Assembly: GCA_020348445.1 (NCBI GenBank)
Contig: CP070751.1
Coordinates: 5,092,204-5,156,203 of the forward strand
Source of the DNA: Thermoplasmata archaeon
Lineage (GTDB): Archaea > Thermoplasmatota > Thermoplasmata > GCA-020350865
Length of the DNA stretch: 64,000 bases
Direction of reading: 5' to 3'
Shown here one piece after another: positions 63,112 through 64,000 of this stretch (its first letter is position 1; every line of letters starts with the position of its first letter). Both the position numbers and the translations under genes were made by a program. Under the pieces are notes generated by a model. It worked only from the letters and a program-made list of their open reading frames with translations, had not been told where the DNA came from and did not search any database.

Positions 63112-64000
63112 TTAATCTGTGGCCAATACAGTTATAATCCCAGTACTTGACTTGGCTTTTAGATCTCCATCGGCCTCATCAACATAAATTACAAAACCCG
63201 TTGATGGATTAGCAGGTGCAGGTATAGGGTCGAGATTAATTGTCCCGTTTACATGAAGTGTATTCTCTGGGCTCACGGTCCCAATGCCGACATTGCCGCC
63301 CATGATCGCCATTGTGTTGGCTTGTGTTATCGTCCACCCATTGATATTATAGGCTAAACCAATCCCGAAACTGTAATCTCCTTCAGCAGTAATCCTGCTT
63401 CCCATCGTGGTTGAATAATTCCCGTTGGCGTTTGTTTGATAACCCATCGCGGTTGAACTCCGCCCGTTGGCGTCTGTACCACGTCCCATCGCGGTTGAAA
63501 ATTCTCCGCGGGCGACTGTACTATCCCCCATCGCGGTTGAAGATTCTCCGTAGGCGAATGTACTAGCCCCCATCGCAGTTGAACTCCACGCAAGAGCGTG
63601 TGTACTATACCCCATCGCGATTGAATAATCCCCGCTGGCGTTTGTCATTAACCCCATCGCGGTTGAACCACTTCCGTAGGCGACTGTCCAAATCCCCATC
63701 GAGGTTGACCACCACCCGCTGGCGGTTGTGTTGTATCCCATTGCTATCGCATGATCCCCAGTAGCTAAATTATTGCTGGAACCTATGGTTGCTGCTCCAC
63801 CAACACCAAAGAACTCAGAACCGACATCCACATCCAATTTCACCTCTGGACTTATCGTCCCAATACCGATGTTCCCTCCAGTTTCGTAGATTACTGAATT
63901 GCCTAGGGTATTGCCAGCTGTGAACTTGGGAATATAATTAGCAGTGCCACTGCCACCTATTCCACCTGTAACAGTTAAATCATATTCTGTACCACCATCA
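63112..64000 (-). CDS. YadA-head-like (14-aa AMG repeat) adhesin or fibre protein, C-terminal part; runs off the right edge
   Basis: The frame is open to the edge (DGGTEYDLTVTGGIGGSGTANYIPKF...GNIGIGTISP). About 9 repeats of AMG..T.A.G..ST are flanked by GNVGIGT motifs. Confidence 0.85.
   Translation of the reverse strand, partial: DGGTEYDLTVTGGIGGSGTANYIPKFTAGNTLGNSVIYETGGNIGIGTISPEVKLDVDVGSEFFGVGGAATIGSSNNLATGDHAIAMGYNTTASGWWSTSMGIWTVAYGSGSTAMGLMTNASGDYSIAMGYSTHALAWSSTAMGASTFAYGESSTAMGDSTVARGEFSTAMGRGTDANGRSSTAMGYQTNANGNYSTTMGSRITAEGDYSFGIGLAYNINGWTITQANTMAIMGGNVGIGTVSPENTLHVNGTINLDPIPAPANPSTGFVIYVDEADGDLKAKSSTGIITVLATD

Noticed and set aside
63400-63760. Diversity-generating retroelement target in the 42-bp repeats
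   Set aside because: No reverse transcriptase or template/variable repeat pair is visible, and I could not show adenine-specific variation.

Overview
Archaeal chromosomal DNA, most likely from a Thermoplasmatota lineage. This is an inference from TATA/BRE promoters, an intron-containing tRNA, a PEF-CTERM sorting signal and Thermoplasmata-type protein families. No rRNA, CRISPR array, integrase or transposase was recognised. Left part (1-8.3 kb): an edge-truncated SHMT-GcvT-like-GcvT fusion, QueH, an HTH regulator with a sulfonate/nitrate-type ABC transporter whose binding protein looks circularly permuted, and tRNA-Gly(TCC) followed by tandem copies of its own 3' end. Middle (8.5-50.6 kb): mostly very large surface or scaffold proteins. 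These are a two-anchor FG-GAP/PEF-CTERM protein, a helical-repeat protein ending in a C4HC3 finger, three tandem receptor-like paralogues sharing a 7-blade Asp-box propeller head, a promoter motif and acidic poly-Pro tails, and a 4940-aa RTX/DUF4347 giant with a Nup98-like HFSxYG motif near its N-terminal anchor. Right part (51-64 kb): a STAND NTPase-TPR with a longin-like domain inserted in the NTPase, a UbiA prenyltransferase fused to soluble domains, a coupled isochorismatase / CxxC-less TrxB-like / RlmN-like radical SAM operon whose radical SAM lacks the resolving Cys, a gamma-carbonic anhydrase family gene, and an edge-truncated YadA-head-like repeat protein. The strongest candidates for undescribed systems are the radical SAM operon, the receptor-paralogue array, the STAND-longin protein and the putatively self-cleaving giant. 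All family assignments come from motif recognition by eye; no database searches were run.
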